Shown here one piece after another: positions 10,149 through 19,383 of a DNA stretch of 64,000 nucleotides. The stretch comes from a virus: the IMG/VR virus record IMGVR_UViG_3300042691_015921; one strand, 5' to 3'. Numbering within the stretch: the stretch's first letter is position 1; every line of letters starts with the position of its first letter. The translations under genes were made by a program, and so were the position numbers. Below the pieces are notes generated by a model. That model was not told the DNA's origin. It made no database searches and saw only the letters and a program-made list of their open reading frames with translations.

Positions 10149-10176
10149 ATTATACCTCACGACTCAAACGTGTCAA
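10149..10176 (-). promoter_or_regulatory. sigma70 promoter TTGACA-N16-TATAAT
   Basis: Perfect hexamers. Confidence 0.9.
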
Positions 10177-10391
10177 CCGTTGATCCACCCCCTCAAGTCT
10201 ACGATTTCATACCAGTCACGGTCACTGCCATTCACGGTATAAGACTCGTCGCATGCGTTGCCTTGAAAATTATATTTCTCAACTTTTACCTGACTTAATG
10301 CTTCCTCATATGTTTCAAAACATCCAATCCAGTCACCAGTACGACGGGACGGATAATAATCTTCCCCTGCGATTAGCAAATAGTATTTCAT
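10173..10391 (-). CDS. hypothetical protein
   Basis: YLL.AG..YYP..GDW phage motif. Confidence 0.75.
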   Translation of the reverse strand: MKYYLLIAGEDYYPSRRTGDWIGCFETYEEALSQVKVEKYNFQGNACDESYTVNGSDRDWYEIVDLRGWING

Positions 10392-10579
10392 AGAACTCCG
10401 TTCTTTCGTAAAAAGCCGTACAAATTTTTCATATCATTCTCGTCAACACGAAACTCGACCGGATCATTGTTGTAACTAAAAACCCTCACCAGATAAGGAT
10501 TTCGCTTTAGATTTTCATTATAGTGAATTTCAATAAGGTCATACTCTAAAACTAGAGTTCGCAACAATGAAGATTTCAC
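10388..10579 (-). CDS. hypothetical protein
   Basis: Tiled ORF. Confidence 0.6.
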   Translation of the reverse strand: MKSSLLRTLVLEYDLIEIHYNENLKRNPYLVRVFSYNNDPVEFRVDENDMKNLYGFLRKNGVL

Positions 10580-10609
10580 AGCTACACCTTGCGTCTAGAG
10601 TCCCAATGA

Positions 10610-10849
10610 CTAGTCATGGTCATTCCTTACTGAGTATTCAATAACGAGATCAACTGGCTGAACTTGTTCATCATACAAAAAATTGTATAATATACCGAAT
10701 TTTAAACTTACTGCATTAAAATCAACATCATTCACTCTCATAAAAATTTCACTCATGCCTATACCTTTAACAAAAAAAGTATCAGTTACATTCATGTGTT
10801 TAAATATGATTTCTTCGGGCTTGCTAGACTTTTCTTTAAACGTAATCAT
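10610..10849 (-). CDS. hypothetical protein
   Basis: RBS GGAGG; similar in pattern to 40476..40718. Confidence 0.7.
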   Translation of the reverse strand: MITFKEKSSKPEEIIFKHMNVTDTFFVKGIGMSEIFMRVNDVDFNAVSLKFGILYNFLYDEQVQPVDLVIEYSVRNDHD

Positions 10850-10870
10850 TTTTCCTCCAGTTAGTTGTTA

Positions 10871-11605
10871 CTAAGAATTACTTTTCCATTTGCCATCATA
10901 CACTAAAATTTCAGATAAGTACTTATTAGCAGTTTGATCGTCACATTCAATATACAAGCCTTCTGCGGTCCAGTTTTCAAGATTTACTTTGGAGTAATTA
11001 ATCCCGTCGTAAGGTTTAGATGCGGGAAATTCTTCCACTAACCAAGAGCAAACACGGTTTTCAGGAACAAAAACGGTATGTAATAGGTCTGAACGCAAGA
11101 AAAAAGAATAGCCCGAATCATAGGATTCATACCTAGTAAGTGAGAGATTTTGCTTTCCAAGACTAATAAACTTGCCACAACCTCCAGAGATATGACTATC
11201 CCATCTATATTTGTTGTACTCTTCTCCTCGTTGATCGTCTAGAGCATATACCTTATTATCAAGTTGACCTTTCAAAACCGTAATTTTGAGGTCTACATGA
11301 TGAGAATGAATAGCAATAGCCGAATCTTTGTAAAGTTCATGATTCTTATCCGCATAAAAAACTCTTTTATAGCGTCCATCTTCATATTCAAGCGGGAAAG
11401 AATGAACTCCTACACAGTGACAGTTGAGAAGATTTTTCATATTACCAACGCTCTCCACAATTAGTTTTACGTTATGATTCTTACACAAAGTTTCGTATTC
11501 TTCTGACGAGTATGCTGAATCTGGAGTTATCATTATGCGTCTAGCTTCGCCCTTTTCTAGACTCTCATAAGAAACAAACTTTCCGCAAACGTCGCACTTA
11601 ATCAT
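10871..11605 (-). CDS. hypothetical protein, possible cupin-like fold
   Basis: IHSHHVD...VLKG...LHTV His motifs. Confidence 0.6.
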   Translation of the reverse strand: MIKCDVCGKFVSYESLEKGEARRIMITPDSAYSSEEYETLCKNHNVKLIVESVGNMKNLLNCHCVGVHSFPLEYEDGRYKRVFYADKNHELYKDSAIAIHSHHVDLKITVLKGQLDNKVYALDDQRGEEYNKYRWDSHISGGCGKFISLGKQNLSLTRYESYDSGYSFFLRSDLLHTVFVPENRVCSWLVEEFPASKPYDGINYSKVNLENWTAEGLYIECDDQTANKYLSEILVYDGKWKSNS

Positions 11606-11633
11606 CGAAATCTCCTCGCTGATTGTCAGCCTT

Positions 11634-11828
11634 CTATGTCAAATCCTTAATTAGACGAGCAAATGTTTCGGCCAACTCCGGTAAAGAGTCAAATTTAACG
11701 TTAATTGAACGGCTATCATGAAACCAGATAACAATTCTTGAGCCATTAGCGGAGTCAATGTGTTTATTGATATGATAGATATCCGATTTGTGAATGATAT
11801 GTGAGCCAATATGAATAAAGTCTGCCAT
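11634..11828 (-). CDS. hypothetical protein
   Basis: Start MADFIH after RBS AGGAG, downstream of promoter. Confidence 0.7.
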   Translation of the reverse strand: MADFIHIGSHIIHKSDIYHINKHIDSANGSRIVIWFHDSRSINVKFDSLPELAETFARLIKDLT

Positions 11829-11860
11829 CTGTTTCTCCTGTGTTTGTCTGTCCGAAGGAC

Positions 11861-11889
11861 AGTATACCACAGCCCTCACGGGCTGTCAA
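11861..11889 (-). promoter_or_regulatory. sigma70 promoter TTGACA-N17-TATACT
   Basis: Consensus match; shares 17 identical bp with promoter at 9047. Confidence 0.85.
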
Positions 11890-11890
11890 G

Positions 11891-12118
11891 TCACGGAAGC
11901 TCCGTAATCTTTATTTGCTTACGCAAAGTTTCCTTTCTCAGATATTCTTTTTCACTTTCAATATACTTGCGACACTCTTCTTCTGTTTTAAAACGTCTTT
12001 GTTCCCTGCCGCTACGATAATTTTCCTGAATCCAAGAGTAAAAAATCCATTCTTTCAGTCTTACCTGATACCAAATCTCGCCAAGACCATTCTCAAATTT
12101 GAATACTTTGTATTTCAT
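11891..12118 (-). CDS. hypothetical protein (paralog family A)
   Basis: KYKV..FENGLGEIWY.VR..W...TELP. Confidence 0.75.
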   Translation of the reverse strand: MKYKVFKFENGLGEIWYQVRLKEWIFYSWIQENYRSGREQRRFKTEEECRKYIESEKEYLRKETLRKQIKITELP

Positions 12119-12125
12119 ATTTACC

Positions 12126-12350
12126 TCACGGAAGCTCCGTAACCTTGTCTTTTTTTTGTGAAATTAGAAAATCATGCAAGTATTGCCTAGCTTCACTCTC
12201 TGAATTAAAAACTAAAGTCTTATTATAGGCAAGACCATATGCTGTAAAGTCTATTTGAGTAAGCCAAGAATCAGAAATCCAACCCTTTTTTCTAATCTTA
12301 TACCAGATTTTACCACTACCTGTCTCTACTTTACAAACAACATACTTCAT
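12126..12350 (-). CDS. hypothetical protein (paralog family A)
   Basis: MKYVV..VETGSGKIWYKIRKKGW...TELP; start trimmed. Confidence 0.75.
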   Translation of the reverse strand: MKYVVCKVETGSGKIWYKIRKKGWISDSWLTQIDFTAYGLAYNKTLVFNSESEARQYLHDFLISQKKDKVTELP

Positions 12351-12595
12351 TGACAACAACCTCTTATAAAGAAATACATCTCTTGAATAATATCGTCTAA
12401 TTCTAAAAGTTCTATTTCGCGTAAAACATCCGTAAGGCCAATCTCCAATGCTTCGATTTCGCAAATATGAGTAGGTGAGGATATATCGTTTGTATTTTCC
12501 CAGGCATCAATACGATTTCTAATAAATTCTATAATGCGTTTTTGTTTTTCGTTAATCATATAGTCGTTTAATTCCTCTTTTATCGTATGCGTCAA
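12347..12595 (-). CDS. hypothetical protein
   Basis: Tiled ORF. Confidence 0.6.
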   Translation of the reverse strand: MTHTIKEELNDYMINEKQKRIIEFIRNRIDAWENTNDISSPTHICEIEALEIGLTDVLREIELLELDDIIQEMYFFIRGCCQ

Positions 12596-12797
12596 CTTCT
12601 TCTAATTCTAGTTCAATTTTGCACCGTTTAATATCATAGTAGTAATCATAACTATAATAAGTATCACACGCAATTAGTATATTCACATTTTCTATAGTCT
12701 TATCTAAAGAGTAATATGGACCAGAGATAATTTCGTCCTCATATCTTCCATCTTTTCTGACATATACAATGTAATAAGTGTCAACTTTCATAGTCAC
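12552..12797 (-). CDS. hypothetical protein
   Basis: Tiled ORF. Confidence 0.65.
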   Translation of the reverse strand: MTMKVDTYYIVYVRKDGRYEDEIISGPYYSLDKTIENVNILIACDTYYSYDYYYDIKRCKIELELEEVDAYDKRGIKRLYD

Positions 12798-12988
12798 TCT
12801 TTAATCTCCACAATTACTTTAATGCCCTCAAAGCTATAACTATTATAGGCACTACCGGGTTTAACAATACACTCCATCTTATAAGCATCTCCCTTTGAAC
12901 TCAAATCATTGTCAAGAATATGTTGCTCAATCAATGTTTTAATATCAGAAATAGAATAGGTGATTTCTTTCTTATTTTTAACTTCCAC
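12794..12988 (-). CDS. hypothetical protein
   Basis: Tiled ORF. Confidence 0.65.
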   Translation of the reverse strand: MEVKNKKEITYSISDIKTLIEQHILDNDLSSKGDAYKMECIVKPGSAYNSYSFEGIKVIVEIKE

Positions 12989-13287
12989 TATATCGCTCCA
13001 GTGTTATTATTCTCTAAACGCTCACGAAAATTAAGTAGCTTGTCTAATCTCAATTGTTCTCGTTCTACTTCTTCTTTTTGAAATTTTATTTTGAGGTCAA
13101 TATCATCTATAGTTGCTGGTCTAAGTTCTTCACAATCCCTTAGTCCATAATACCAAGCTTTCTTTGAACTAAAAAGAGTTGAACAAAATTGTGGGGTATG
13201 CTCTGCTTCAAATATGGACAAAGCACCACCATTATGACCTAATAGAACAACTACATCGCCCTTTTTCCAACTTGGTTTATTGTTCAT
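12988..13287 (-). CDS. hypothetical protein
   Basis: Tiled ORF. Confidence 0.7.
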   Translation of the reverse strand: MNNKPSWKKGDVVVLLGHNGGALSIFEAEHTPQFCSTLFSSKKAWYYGLRDCEELRPATIDDIDLKIKFQKEEVEREQLRLDKLLNFRERLENNNTGAI

Positions 13288-13290
13288 ACA

Positions 13291-13512
13291 TTATCCTCTG
13301 ATCAGTAAGCCTATCTGATGGGTTTTATAATCCATAAAGATCATTCCATCGTCAGATTGTGACCATTCCTCCATTAGCAAAATATCTCTAGGACATAAAG
13401 ACTCATGCATAGGAATGAAACACTCCGATGATGTGTCATAATATGCTAGTTGTTTTTGATAATCTCTTTCAATATAATGATTAGCCTTAACGAGTTCAAT
13501 TGTCCATTTCAT
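13291..13512 (-). CDS. hypothetical protein
   Basis: Tiled ORF. Confidence 0.65.
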   Translation of the reverse strand: MKWTIELVKANHYIERDYQKQLAYYDTSSECFIPMHESLCPRDILLMEEWSQSDDGMIFMDYKTHQIGLLIRG

Positions 13513-13520
13513 TGTATCAC

Positions 13521-13964
13521 CTAGCCCACAAGCGACATAAAATACATCTTAACCGGATAATCTGGAAATTTTTTGCTAATCAGATCAAACCTTTCTTGGA
13601 TAAATTCTAGAGTTAGTTCACCTTCCAAAAGGTTAACCCTTCCATAATCTTCATCTGCATCTATCATATAACCAAAGTATAAGTAATCATCTAGATGATA
13701 TGTTTCTACTGGATCATCATATTCTATTTCACCGAGATCATAAGGTTCTTCATATACTTTACCATCCCATTCATAATGGTATTCTTCTCTTTTGACTAAA
13801 ACCCGCTCTGTTCCTTTTACTTTACCAGTTTTGGAATCATATCGGTTTTGTTCTTCGTAGACCGCTGGTGAGGTTACTACTTTTAGATCTTCTACTGGAA
13901 TTTTTATTCCTATAATACAATAACGCAAAGCGTCAACCCAAATTTTTGCTACTTCTGGTTTCAT
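13521..13964 (-). CDS. hypothetical protein (N-terminus resembles 6458..6871)
   Basis: MKPEVAKIWVDALR vs MNKNIAKKWVKALR; RBS GGAGG. Confidence 0.7.
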   Translation of the reverse strand: MKPEVAKIWVDALRYCIIGIKIPVEDLKVVTSPAVYEEQNRYDSKTGKVKGTERVLVKREEYHYEWDGKVYEEPYDLGEIEYDDPVETYHLDDYLYFGYMIDADEDYGRVNLLEGELTLEFIQERFDLISKKFPDYPVKMYFMSLVG

Positions 13965-14203
13965 TATATATCCTCCATTTTTGTAAGACCACAATATTCA
14001 CAAATATACCAAGGATTACCTACGGGACCAAATGACTTAAACCCAAATTTGTGTCCTAAAGTCCCACAATCATCCCGTAGTTGTTTGAGTGTAGGATGGT
14101 GTTGGTGTATACATCGGTCATACTCATCCATACATTTTGCTATTTCGCGTCGTATATCACGATCTATTTTTAGTTTTTCACGCCATATATCATCGTGATT
14201 CAT
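13964..14203 (-). CDS. hypothetical protein with C/H zinc-binding motif
   Basis: C..LGHKF...CEYCG. Confidence 0.7.
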   Translation of the reverse strand: MNHDDIWREKLKIDRDIRREIAKCMDEYDRCIHQHHPTLKQLRDDCGTLGHKFGFKSFGPVGNPWYICEYCGLTKMEDI

Positions 14204-14206
14204 TAG

Positions 14207-14482
14207 TTATTCTCCACCAAGGTCTGTGACTGTGACACGATTTCTTTTTAGCCTAACCAAATACCTTTCTTTTTCAAGATTCAAGTGTTCTATTGCCTCT
14301 TCTTTACTATCAAATTGTGGGATATAAGGCGTCCAGCCATACTCAGTTTCATAATATATTCTATACCATGAATCCCACAACCAACCAAGATGTCTGATTT
14401 TATACCAAACTTTACCCAAACCATCCTGAAATTGGATAATTGTATATTTATTACTGGGACGATAATTTGTTTTTGTAGCCAT
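14207..14482 (-). CDS. hypothetical protein (paralog family A)
   Basis: KYTIIQFQDGLGKVWYKIRHLGW. Confidence 0.75.
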   Translation of the reverse strand: MATKTNYRPSNKYTIIQFQDGLGKVWYKIRHLGWLWDSWYRIYYETEYGWTPYIPQFDSKEEAIEHLNLEKERYLVRLKRNRVTVTDLGGE

Positions 14483-14817
14483 TAGTCATTCTCCAGTACA
14501 GATATAGCGTATTTTGTCATTCTATTTTTTGCATCGTCGAAATCTTTTTGTTTGCTAGCATAATGCTCTCTGAAATTTGGGTGATCAGCGGTTAATTTTA
14601 AGGATGCGTTTAAGCAATAGTCGTATTGAAATGAGTTTTCTGTTGGCGAGAGCTTTTTTCTTTCGGAAATCTCAATAGACTGCAAATCTTCCGAATATAC
14701 TTTACCATAAACTATTAACCCATTTTGGTTCAGGATTTTATAATAATATGGAATAGTAATATCGATAGTTTCAGTTGTGCGAACATATTCGATTTTCTCT
14801 CTTGTAATTTCCATCAC
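14482..14817 (-). CDS. hypothetical protein
   Basis: Tiled ORF. Confidence 0.7.
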   Translation of the reverse strand: MMEITREKIEYVRTTETIDITIPYYYKILNQNGLIVYGKVYSEDLQSIEISERKKLSPTENSFQYDYCLNASLKLTADHPNFREHYASKQKDFDDAKNRMTKYAISVLEND

Positions 14818-15086
14818 TCATTCTCCGTAAAATTACTCAACACAACCTTACCTTTGAACTTTGACCACTTTTTGATATCCTTATCGAAAATAATATAAGG
14901 TTTAAAGACCAAGTTATCAGGGATTCCCAAATAATAGCCATGATACGCAAAGTCTCCATCACTATTTTGACGGAACTCAGTTAGAACAACAACAATTTTT
15001 GGATCATAATTATGAACCACCATAACAGGCAAATCAAACTCATAACTAACATCACGCTTTTCGGGCTGAATAATTTCAGAAATCAT
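14814..15086 (-). CDS. hypothetical protein
   Basis: Tiled ORF, RBS GAGG. Confidence 0.7.
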   Translation of the reverse strand: MISEIIQPEKRDVSYEFDLPVMVVHNYDPKIVVVLTEFRQNSDGDFAYHGYYLGIPDNLVFKPYIIFDKDIKKWSKFKGKVVLSNFTENE

Positions 15087-15255
15087 TATTTTACCTCATC
15101 CTTTAATTGTTCAATAATGGTAAGTAATCCGATCATAATAACCCATCCCATATTAAATGGAAAACTATACTGTGGATTATTTAGTGCTAAATCTACAACT
15201 GCTAATACAACTTGAAAAACAAAACTTGCATAAATAAAAAAAGTGCTTGTTTTCA

Positions 15256-15531
15256 TTATATTCCTCGTTGGTTAAACCATTCATCAACGGTCATAATTTT
15301 TGGACAAATATAGTCGTCATTCTTATCGAAAGTATTGTTTTCAAAAAAATTGTATGCGTCGAAAGTATGGCCCGCGAAAACAAAATCCCATTTATCAGAA
15401 CAGTATGCGTTCTTTGCTACGTTTTCAAAGTCAACAATCAATGTTTCTGCTGATTCATATTCGATAGGTACGGTCCTCTCGAACCAATAGGTACAATTGT
15501 CTCCAACATCATAGATTAGAACAAGTTTCAT
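15256..15531 (-). CDS. hypothetical protein
   Basis: Tiled ORF. Confidence 0.7.
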   Translation of the reverse strand: MKLVLIYDVGDNCTYWFERTVPIEYESAETLIVDFENVAKNAYCSDKWDFVFAGHTFDAYNFFENNTFDKNDDYICPKIMTVDEWFNQRGI

Positions 15532-15534
15532 AAT

Positions 15535-16011
15535 TTATACGTTACCTTCTTTGAAAAAGTCGCGGTCAATTTTGCAATAGCCATATCCACAGTGGGGACA
15601 AGCTTGATTGTCCTTATAATCCTCGCCTATTAGATAGATAGCGATTTGTTCTCCCCATCCACATTCTTGGCATTGTATCCAGGCGTAAAGATCCCTCTCC
15701 TTTACGTCATTCAGCATGTAATTAAGCAGCATTCTACCCATCTCGTCACCACTACTCCCATAAGGAGCAATATAAACATCCGTATACTCATCCATCCTGA
15801 ACTCTCCACCTTTATATCCGGTAAATACGTTATTAAGAGCATACTTTGCATCTACCAGCATTTCCCTAACGGTAATGTCTTTCGCCGGTTCAAACGCAAG
15901 ACATTCATAATATCCCCGATAACTATGAGGGTTGCGGAATCCATTCCTTACTACTTTATCAGGATTTTCCCGCTCAAGAATACTAATCAACGATCCAAGA
16001 CTAAGTGACAT
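15535..16011 (-). CDS. conserved phage protein with C-terminal zinc ribbon
   Basis: PHSYRGYYECLAFE..FTGYKGGEF; CQECG...CPHCG. Confidence 0.8.
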   Translation of the reverse strand: MSLSLGSLISILERENPDKVVRNGFRNPHSYRGYYECLAFEPAKDITVREMLVDAKYALNNVFTGYKGGEFRMDEYTDVYIAPYGSSGDEMGRMLLNYMLNDVKERDLYAWIQCQECGWGEQIAIYLIGEDYKDNQACPHCGYGYCKIDRDFFKEGNV

Positions 16012-16125
16012 ATTATTTTCCTTTCCCTCCACGCTTTTTGTTTCCACCGTAAAGATGAATGGCAACAATATAAATAGGAAGAAGTATAGTTGGCAGAATA
16101 CCGCAAAAAAGTAGTAGATAATTCA

Positions 16126-16239
16126 TTAGTTCACGCTTGGGATGACTGCCATTAGTTTACCAGACGCTCTGGCAATTACAAGGGCATCGTAAATAAATTT
16201 ATAAAAAGCATTGATATTTTTAGCCATTTGTTCATCCAT
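16126..16239 (-). CDS. 37-aa truncated duplicate of 18150..18377
   Basis: MDEQMAKNINAFYKFIYDALVIARASGKLMAVIPSVN; near-identical DNA to 18150-18260. Confidence 0.65.
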   Translation of the reverse strand: MDEQMAKNINAFYKFIYDALVIARASGKLMAVIPSVN

Positions 16240-16373
16240 TAGTTATTCCTCACAATCGATTCCATTCCAAACATATTCCCCCGCCGTATATAGAAGTATT
16301 AGCGGAGTTAATAAAAGACCAAACGCACAGAGCATTAGTATTAGTGTGCCGGTGATTAAGTTTCGCAATATCG

Positions 16374-16562
16374 TCATCGTCCGTTCTCCAATCTATTAGC
16401 AATAGACCTAAGTCTATGAACAAAATCATAAAGAGTATTCTCACCATAAACATTAACAAGCCTATCAGCAAGCCAACTCAAAAATTCTGCGTCTAGCAGT
16501 TCTTGTGTTCGTTTCGCTGCTATCTTTCTTGTCTTTTTGTTTCCGATTTTACGATCTTTCAT
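16374..16562 (-). CDS. hypothetical protein
   Basis: FLSWLADRLVNVYGE..DFVHRLR phage motif. Confidence 0.7.
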   Translation of the reverse strand: MKDRKIGNKKTRKIAAKRTQELLDAEFLSWLADRLVNVYGENTLYDFVHRLRSIANRLENGR

Positions 16563-16765
16563 GTTTTATCTCTCCACAGAGGATATTCTTTATCGTTTTT
16601 AGCCAAGTTATCTGCTAATTGAGCCACTTCTCTTTCGCTCCAGCCCGCAAAATAGCCTCTCATAAAAACCTGAGTAAGTTCATTACGGTCTTTTTCTCTC
16701 TCATAATATTTCTGGACTGCTTCTATCCAATTTTTAGTTGCTAGTTGTAGTGGGTTTTCGTTCAT
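16559..16765 (-). CDS. hypothetical protein
   Basis: RBS GGAG. Confidence 0.7.
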   Translation of the reverse strand: MNENPLQLATKNWIEAVQKYYEREKDRNELTQVFMRGYFAGWSEREVAQLADNLAKNDKEYPLWRDKT

Positions 16766-16863
16766 TGTTTATTCTCCAAATACTTATTTAATTCAACCAA
16801 CTCCTTCTTCATTATTGTGTTCATAACAAGTTGTTCTTCCAGAATATTCCATCATCTCTCCTT

Positions 16864-17193
16864 TTATCTTTGCTTAAACATCTTGCCTTTATTGTCTAGA
16901 TAAACGCAATGATACCTGCTTTCAGGCAGCCCATCACAATCATCAAACTCTTGTTCTCCAACCAACATAACATCAAACTTGTTGGTTAGATTTAAAACGA
17001 AGCTTGAAAAATCAACAACTTCTACCCATTGAAGATTGTGTTTGGCTTTTGGGTTTTTTGGTGTACCTTGACTAAAAACTCCAGGGACTTCTTCGTTAGT
17101 TAAATCCCTAGCCATCCAGTGATAAAGATAAATACGCATTATTATTCCCAGGTGATTTTGAATTTTTCGTAGCCAGTTACAAACCCATCCCAT
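16864..17193 (-). CDS. hypothetical protein
   Basis: Tiled ORF; true start probably MRIYLY. Confidence 0.65.
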   Translation of the reverse strand: MGWVCNWLRKIQNHLGIIMRIYLYHWMARDLTNEEVPGVFSQGTPKNPKAKHNLQWVEVVDFSSFVLNLTNKFDVMLVGEQEFDDCDGLPESRYHCVYLDNKGKMFKQR

Positions 17194-17401
17194 ACAATGT
17201 CATAATTCTTGTTTGAAGGTTTGGCTTACACCACCACAGCGTACCACCAAACCGTATTGTTAGTTAAAAGATAAGGGGATGTTTAGTCCCCCTATAGTGG
17301 GAGTGTTATCGCCAACTGATATAGAGTGTTCATTAAGGGTTACTATAATATCCCGTTTGTCCAAATCAGTTAGGTTCTTCATAGTGTCTCCTTGTTCTAC
17401 C

Positions 17402-17429
17402 ATTATACCACACTACGCTAACGAGTCAA
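17402..17429 (-). promoter_or_regulatory. sigma70 promoter TTGACT-N16-TATAAT
   Basis: Consensus match with TG extension. Confidence 0.85.
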
Positions 17430-17784
17430 GTGTCCCAAATACGACCGTATAAAGTTTCATTTACTCAACCCCCATATTCAAGAATTTCCCCAACTATTAC
17501 ATTTTCATTAAGAATACCTGATTTTACTATCTTATCTACTCGTTCTTGCATAGCATCATAACCACTAACAACCTCCCACAACTTTTCGCCATTAGTATCT
17601 TCCCAAGCAATTAACCACATTAGTTATTCTCCAAATATTTTTGATACGCTTCTAGTAAATAGTTTTCAATTAATTCTTTTGGATTCTCTATTCCATGAGT
17701 ATTCTTTAAGACATCTAATTGCTCTTGTGTTATTTTTGCACAATATTTATCTTTCCATACGTCATATGATAATTTAGTCATTAT

Positions 17785-18024
17785 TTATTCTCCATCAAAT
17801 TCTAAATTATTTGTCATAATTTTATTCTCTTTTCTAAATGAGGGAGAAACCAAAACCCCCCAACTCATGCCAATAGGATGAGTGTCAAATCCCATTTCTC
17901 TTAAAGTATTGGCAACCCAAGCCATTTTTTCGCCCCTTGGTTTCTTGCAAAAAATAGAGTTTTCTGATGCTGCAAGTACCATTGAAAACATGAGATCAAT
18001 TAATTTTTGTTCTTTATTTTCCAT
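17785..18024 (-). CDS. hypothetical protein
   Basis: RBS AAGGAG. Confidence 0.75.
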   Translation of the reverse strand: MENKEQKLIDLMFSMVLAASENSIFCKKPRGEKMAWVANTLREMGFDTHPIGMSWGVLVSPSFRKENKIMTNNLEFDGE

Positions 18025-18149
18025 TATTTATTCTCCTTTTTATTTTCCCCCGCCCCTCTTCTTTTGCCCGCTATAAGCGTACACAAACAAAAAATAGATG
18101 GGGAACGAGATCGACAAGACTACGACTCCAAAAAAAATCAAGTAAGTCA

Positions 18150-18377
18150 TTAGTTCACGCTCGGGTTAACAGCCATAAGTTTACCAGACGCTCTGGCAAT
18201 TACAAGGGCATCGTAAATAAAATTATAGAACGCACTAATATGAGCCGCCATTTGCTCCTCACCACGCTCGTTGATAATGTCATCAGCCAGAGCGTATGCA
18301 AAATTTGTAATCTGTATACGGACTGCATCTTCATCGTTTGTAAGCATTGTCAGATCTTTTCTATAGAGGTGAAACAA
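18150..18377 (-). CDS. hypothetical protein
   Basis: Duplicated in part at 16126. Confidence 0.7.
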   Translation of the reverse strand: MFHLYRKDLTMLTNDEDAVRIQITNFAYALADDIINERGEEQMAAHISAFYNFIYDALVIARASGKLMAVNPSVN

Positions 18378-18385
18378 TTAGTAGA

Positions 18386-18457
18386 TAGCCCCAGCAGGAA
18401 TCGAACCTGCACCTAGAGATTAGAAGTCACTTATTATATCCATTTAACTATGGGGCC
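18386..18457 (-). tRNA. tRNA-Arg(TCT)
   Basis: GGCCCCA/TGGGGCT acceptor stem, CT-TCT-AA loop, GGTTCGATTCC T-arm; no encoded CCA. Confidence 0.9.
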
Positions 18458-18462
18458 GCGAA

Positions 18463-18789
18463 TCAAGTAGACCGGTCAATCAATTTGTACTCAAAGATAT
18501 CCCCATTCTCTCTAATCTTCTTATCTTCATATGGGGATGCAACACGCCGGTAAAACTCTTGCTTGATATTTTCAAGAACTCCGGTGATCATTGCCACGTT
18601 ACGGTATGATACACCATCCTCAGTCAATGTCAAGTGGGCAGCAACCCTTGAGAAACAGTAATTAATCCGGCCCAAAAGCTTGGGGAGTTCCCACTTCTCT
18701 TCCGGCTTAACGTCAAAAAGAATTGCGTCAATCATCGCATCAACTGACCGGTCCAATCCCGGCCGCTCATCTTCTGAAATATATGGCAT
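18463..18789 (-). CDS. conserved phage protein (MPYI...G.lnY...G.LE..K.E.YRR...PYED.K...NGD)
   Basis: Family motif often found near nucleotide-metabolism genes. Confidence 0.8.
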   Translation of the reverse strand: MPYISEDERPGLDRSVDAMIDAILFDVKPEEKWELPKLLGRINYCFSRVAAHLTLTEDGVSYRNVAMITGVLENIKQEFYRRVASPYEDKKIRENGDIFEYKLIDRST

Positions 18790-18799
18790 GATTTATCCT

Positions 18800-19027
18800 T
18801 TATCGTCCAAATCCAATCTTGGTACGTTCAACATTATCCGAATTTAGAAACTGAGTTTCATGAAACCATCCGGTTTCGTTTGATCGTCCACTCCACCAAC
18901 TACATTCATACGTTACATAATTATTCTGCTTGATGCATACGCTGGTAATTACAGCATCAATAGCTTCTTCAAGACTATGACCTAGAGATACTTTAGTTCC
19001 AATTGGCATAACGACGATATTCTTCAT
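18800..19027 (-). CDS. hypothetical protein
   Basis: Start trimmed to MKNIVV. Confidence 0.7.
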   Translation of the reverse strand: MKNIVVMPIGTKVSLGHSLEEAIDAVITSVCIKQNNYVTYECSWWSGRSNETGWFHETQFLNSDNVERTKIGFGR

Positions 19028-19242
19028 TTGGTTTCCTCTTCTTCTATTAAAGTCTTCCATTCAAACTGTGCGGTATTTGGATTATATTGAGCGACATTAT
19101 TTTTTATAGCTTGTGTTTGTACATCTATAGTTCCAATTTCCACTCCTATAAACAATCCTAGCATTAGAAATATATCGCATGACGCGGCCCAGACTATACA
19201 AAAAATACTTGCAGTTGATCCATCTTCTGAATTTTTATTCAT
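19024..19242 (-). CDS. small membrane protein
   Basis: Hydrophobic segment then AIKNNVAQYNP..FEW. Confidence 0.7.
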   Translation of the reverse strand: MNKNSEDGSTASIFCIVWAASCDIFLMLGLFIGVEIGTIDVQTQAIKNNVAQYNPNTAQFEWKTLIEEEETK

Positions 19243-19271
19243 TTTACCACCAGTGGTTAGTTTGAAATCAG

Positions 19272-19345
19272 TAGCGACGGTGGGATTCGAACCCACACTG
19301 TGGACATTTTAAGTGTCCTGACTCCTGCCGTTGGTCTACGTCGCC
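19272..19345 (-). tRNA. tRNA-Leu(TAA), short variable loop
   Basis: GGCGACG/CGTCGCT stem, GGACA-CT-TAA-AA-TGTCC anticodon arm, GTGGG-TTCGAAT-CCCAC T-arm. Confidence 0.9.
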
Positions 19346-19355
19346 TCATACCATT

Positions 19356-19383
19356 ATTCTACCACACTTTCAGTGTGTGTCAA
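19356..19383 (-). promoter_or_regulatory. sigma70 promoter TTGACA-N16-TAGAAT for tRNA-Leu
   Basis: Consensus match ~10 bp upstream of tRNA. Confidence 0.85.
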
